Notes under the pieces: model-generated
What the model was told of the DNA's origin: nothing
The model's input: the letters and a program-made list of their open reading frames with translations, nothing else
Databases searched by the model: none
Made by a program: the position numbers and the translations under genes
Part shown: piece by piece, positions 53,489-57,027 of the stretch
Numbering within the stretch: position 1 is the stretch's first letter
How the letters are laid out: the number at the start of each line of letters is the position of its first letter
IMG/VR virus record: IMGVR_UViG_3300010371_000009
Span: 1-57,027 of that record
DNA: 57,027 bases
Reading direction: 5' to 3' (one strand)
Source: a virus
Lineage: Duplodnaviria; Caudoviricetes

Positions 53489-55798
53489 ATGAATTGGTCA
53501 AGCACATGGGATGATAAGCCATCCAGCTTCTTATTAGCACCTATTTCGCCAGAAGATACTAAAATTATAGAGCGTGTAAAAGGTCGCTATCAAATATGTG
53601 AAAGTTGGGAAGCCAATGCAAGATTATTATGGGATTATGATTATAAGTTTGCTAATGCTGATGCTCATAATAAATATCAGTGGGATAACGATTTGGTTAT
53701 GGCTAGGGAGTTAGAAGATAAACCTTGCCTAACTATTAATAAAACTCAACAGCATAATTTGATGGTTATCAACGATGCTAAGCAAAATAAGCCGGGCATT
53801 CGCATTAGACCTGTTGGCGATGAAGCTACTTATGATGGTGCTCAAATCTATCAAGATTTAGTCTATCATATTGAATACATTTCAAACGCTGAAGCTGTTT
53901 ATGATTATGCAACTAAATTTCAAGTTGACGCTGGTATGGGATATTGGCGTGTTTGCACTGATTATGTAAGCGATGATAGTTTCGATCAAGAAATTTATAT
54001 TCGACGTATTCGCGATCCTAGAGCGGTTTATTTAGACCCTGATATTAATGAGATTGATGGTTCTGATGCACGCTTTGGATATATTTTTGAAGATATAGCA
54101 AAAGATTTATTTAAAGAAAAGTATCCAAAATTTGCAGATATTGGTAGCAGCCAAGTCTTAGGTAATAATTTAGATGGTTGGATAACTCAAAATCATATTC
54201 GTGTTGCTGAATATTATGAAAAGGAAGAAAAAGAAGATAAGCTTGTTACTTGGATTAACAATCAAACAGGTATTCAAGTCTTAAGTCGTTTGAGCAAGTT
54301 AGATGATACTAACAAGCTTATGTATAAAGAAATCATTGCTGGTGGAAAACCAGTAAAGGAAATGGTTCAATATCAAGAACGTCGTGTTCTTACTACCAAT
54401 ATTAAATGGTATAAAATTGCTGGTGATAGAATTATTGATCGTGGAGATTGGTTAGGTAAATATATTCCAATTGTTCGCCTTCCTGGTACTGAAACTGTTA
54501 TTGATGGTATTTGGGATAGCAAAGGCCATACGCGTGCATTAATCAATGCTCAACAGATGTATAACTACAATACCTCTGCAAACGTTGAATATGGAGCGTT
54601 GCAAACTAAAGCACCTTGGGTTGCGCCAAGTGCAGCTATTGAAAATTTTGAAGAATATTACAAAACTGCAAATCGTGTTAATCACGCATATTTACCATAT
54701 AATCATATTGATGAAGATGGTAATCCAATTCCGCCACCGCAACGTCCAGCAGCACCGCAAGCATCGCCAGCTTATGTTGAGCAAATGAAGATTGCTCAAA
54801 ATGAAATGATGATGGCTACTGGTCAATATCAAGCTCAATTGGGCGAAAATGAAAATGCTAAATCAGGTGTCGCAATTAACGCGCGTCAACGTCAAGGCGA
54901 TAGAGCAACATATCACTTCATTGATAATCAAGCTATTGCTATTCGCTTTACTGGTAAAATTGTTATCGACCTTATTCCTAAGATTTACGATACTGCTCGT
55001 ATTAAAAAAATAATTGCTCGTGATGGAACACGAATGGATGTTAAGATTGATCCTAATTTTAAAGGTGCTACACAAGACATTACACCAGAGCCACCAAAAA
55101 TGGATGCTGGTCAAAAAATTAAAGAAGTCATGTTTAATCCTGATTTTGGAATGTATGACATTCAATCCGATACAGGACCAAGTTTTGCAACACGCCGCTT
55201 AGAAGCATTTAATGCTTTAACTCAGATTGCTTCTAGCAATGAAAAATTTATGGACATTGCTGGTGATATTCTTTGGAAAGTTGCTGACTTCCCTGAAGCT
55301 GATATTTTAGCACAACGTTGGAATAGAATTATTCCACCTAATGTTAAAGGTGAAGGCATTGATCCACAAATCGAACAATTGATGCAAGGTGCTGAAGCTA
55401 AGATTACTCAGCTAAGTGCATTGGTTGCTAAGCAAGCTCAACAGATTGCTGACAAAGATCGCGAATTAACACAAGCTGGCCAAAAGATTGATCTTGAGTT
55501 TAGAAAGGCTGGCGCTACTGAAGCTAGAGAGGATTACAAGGCTGAAACTCAGCGTATGAAAGATATTATGAATACTGCTGATGATAATACTGGCATTGAT
55601 CCTGCTTTAGAAAAAGTTTTAAAACAGCTTATTCGCGGTATGCTAGCTAATGGTGAATTAGACAGCGGCAAAGAAATGGAAGATGCTTACACAGATAAAA
55701 TAGATGAAGATTTACCAGAAGGTGCTAAGCTTGCACCTGATGGAAATCATTATGTGCAAAATGAAGATGGTTCGCATAGCTTAGTGGAAATGCAGTAA
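53489..55798 (+). CDS. portal protein, P22-like
   Basis: KPCLTINK, GMGYWRV, YIPIV, SGVAINARQRQG, YDTARI, GPSFATRR. Confidence 0.93.
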   Translation: MNWSSTWDDKPSSFLLAPISPEDTKIIERVKGRYQICESWEANARLLWDYDYKFANADAHNKYQWDNDLVMARELEDKPCLTINKTQQHNLMVINDAKQNKPGIRIRPVGDEATYDGAQIYQDLVYHIEYISNAEAVYDYATKFQVDAGMGYWRVCTDYVSDDSFDQEIYIRRIRDPRAVYLDPDINEIDGSDARFGYIFEDIAKDLFKEKYPKFADIGSSQVLGNNLDGWITQNHIRVAEYYEKEEKEDKLVTWINNQTGIQVLSRLSKLDDTNKLMYKEIIAGGKPVKEMVQYQERRVLTTNIKWYKIAGDRIIDRGDWLGKYIPIVRLPGTETVIDGIWDSKGHTRALINAQQMYNYNTSANVEYGALQTKAPWVAPSAAIENFEEYYKTANRVNHAYLPYNHIDEDGNPIPPPQRPAAPQASPAYVEQMKIAQNEMMMATGQYQAQLGENENAKSGVAINARQRQGDRATYHFIDNQAIAIRFTGKIVIDLIPKIYDTARIKKIIARDGTRMDVKIDPNFKGATQDITPEPPKMDAGQKIKEVMFNPDFGMYDIQSDTGPSFATRRLEAFNALTQIASSNEKFMDIAGDILWKVADFPEADILAQRWNRIIPPNVKGEGIDPQIEQLMQGAEAKITQLSALVAKQAQQIADKDRELTQAGQKIDLEFRKAGATEAREDYKAETQRMKDIMNTADDNTGIDPALEKVLKQLIRGMLANGELDSGKEMEDAYTDKIDEDLPEGAKLAPDGNHYVQNEDGSHSLVEMQ

Positions 55799-57027
55799 TG
55801 ATTAAATATACTGCTGATGGCTTTCCGTATGATGATAATACTGAAGAAGGTAATCAATTAGATTGGGTTGATAATACTAATCACGCTATGACAGCACAAG
55901 CGCCAGCGCCAGACGATCCTTTTGCTATGGCTGCTGCTAGACTTAAAGCAGCGGTGCAACGTGGAAACCCATTGCCGATTGAAGATGACAGATACAAGCT
56001 ATTCGGTCCTGAAAATAAAGAGCATCCATCTTATATCGTAGAGCCTGATTTATTTGAAACTCAATCACAGCAAATGGCTTTGCCTGCGGATATGATGCAG
56101 GATGACAGCGGACGTTTTTATTATAAAGACAATCCAGATAAAACCATTCCGATGATTAAGCGTCCAGGTGTGCTGCCTTTAATAAATACACCTGAAGGCA
56201 TTAAATTTGCTACGCCAAAGATGCTTGATATTGTGGGCAACGTTATGGGCAACGTTGGCGGTGTTGTTAGTGTTCCAGCTAAAGCTGGTGAAATGATATT
56301 AGGTAGTGGATTAGTTAAAGCATCTAAAAATATACCTTGGGAAGTTAAAGGTTTTGAAGATGCTAATTGGTTTCATGGTACAACTCATGAGTTTGATAAA
56401 TTTAGTAAAGCTAAAGGCAATCCTGAAAATCACTTAGGTCAATATCCTCATTTCACATCAAATGCTGAAGATGCTAGTGCAAATTATGCTGGTATTGGTC
56501 CAGATTTAACAGGACGTATTGAAAGAAGAACAGATGATATAATGAGTGAAAAAGGATGGGACGCTGATAAATTCAATAGTGATGAATACAAATCTAATTA
56601 TTTTAAAGCTAAAGAAATTGCCACAAATGAATTAAAAGGTCATGAAGGCGCTATTATTCCAGCTAAAATGAAATTACAAAATCCAGCTAGCTTAGTCGAT
56701 AATAAACCAACTTGGTTAGATTTTACTCCTAAATATGATAAAAATGGTGAATGGATTAAAGATGCACCATTGATGGATAAGCTACATAAATCTTTTATAA
56801 AACAAGGTCAAAAATATAATTTTGATGGACAAAAAGCTTTTGATGAAGTAATAGAAAAATCTAATGCTTATGATGGTGAAATTAAAGCTTCTGATTTAAA
56901 TAAAGCTATGCGTAATGCTGATAGTTTAATGTATGTAGATAATGAAAAAGGAAATTTAATAAGCTCTCATGTAATATCTGATATATTTAAAGATTTAGGA
57001 TTTGATGGCATTGTTATGAATGCTAAA
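55798..57027 (+). CDS. N-terminal part of the ADP-ribosyltransferase-like polyvalent protein (continues at 1..1938)
   Basis: Open from ATG 55798 (TAATG overlap with portal) to the window end; WFHGT..F..F...LG...HFT...A..NYA...GFDGIV. Missing from the ORF track because it has no stop before the window end. Confidence 0.8.
   Translation, partial: MIKYTADGFPYDDNTEEGNQLDWVDNTNHAMTAQAPAPDDPFAMAAARLKAAVQRGNPLPIEDDRYKLFGPENKEHPSYIVEPDLFETQSQQMALPADMMQDDSGRFYYKDNPDKTIPMIKRPGVLPLINTPEGIKFATPKMLDIVGNVMGNVGGVVSVPAKAGEMILGSGLVKASKNIPWEVKGFEDANWFHGTTHEFDKFSKAKGNPENHLGQYPHFTSNAEDASANYAGIGPDLTGRIERRTDDIMSEKGWDADKFNSDEYKSNYFKAKEIATNELKGHEGAIIPAKMKLQNPASLVDNKPTWLDFTPKYDKNGEWIKDAPLMDKLHKSFIKQGQKYNFDGQKAFDEVIEKSNAYDGEIKASDLNKAMRNADSLMYVDNEKGNLISSHVISDIFKDLGFDGIVMNAK
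56905..57027. repeat. Terminal direct repeat (copy 2)
   Basis: Identical to 1-123. Confidence 0.97.

Noticed and set aside
1-57027. Alternative genetic code (stop-codon reassignment)
   Set aside because: Core genes are full length under the standard code, all three stops are used and there is no suppressor tRNA

Overview
The window is an apparently complete, circularly assembled AT-rich dsDNA phage genome. It has 56,904 unique bp, and bases 1-123 are repeated exactly at 56905-57027. It pairs a P22-like podovirus virion module (TerL, portal, scaffold, P22-type coat, gp4/gp10-like tail, three ejection proteins, tail fibre, lysis genes) with a self-encoded replisome (family-B DNA polymerase, clamp-like protein, SF2 helicase, Cas4-like nuclease, SSB, Sak4-like ATPase, primase-polymerase). 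There are many small early genes, five tRNAs and no recognisable integrase. The host is probably an alphaproteobacterium (inference). The most striking observations are: (1) two complete, CCA-ending tRNA genes (CAU, probably Ile2, and Gln-UUG) nested on the same strand inside the uninterrupted primase ORF, where they encode the inter-domain linker, while two more tRNAs supply the stop codon of their upstream ORFs; (2) the tail fibre and four other virion-like proteins carry Sec signal peptides and paired cysteines, suggesting periplasmic folding or assembly; (3) a translationally coupled array of eight tiny membrane peptides next to three candidate structured ncRNAs; (4) an ADP-ribosyltransferase-like polyvalent protein between portal and scaffold, split by the window ends. 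All family assignments come from motif recognition by eye, not from database searches.
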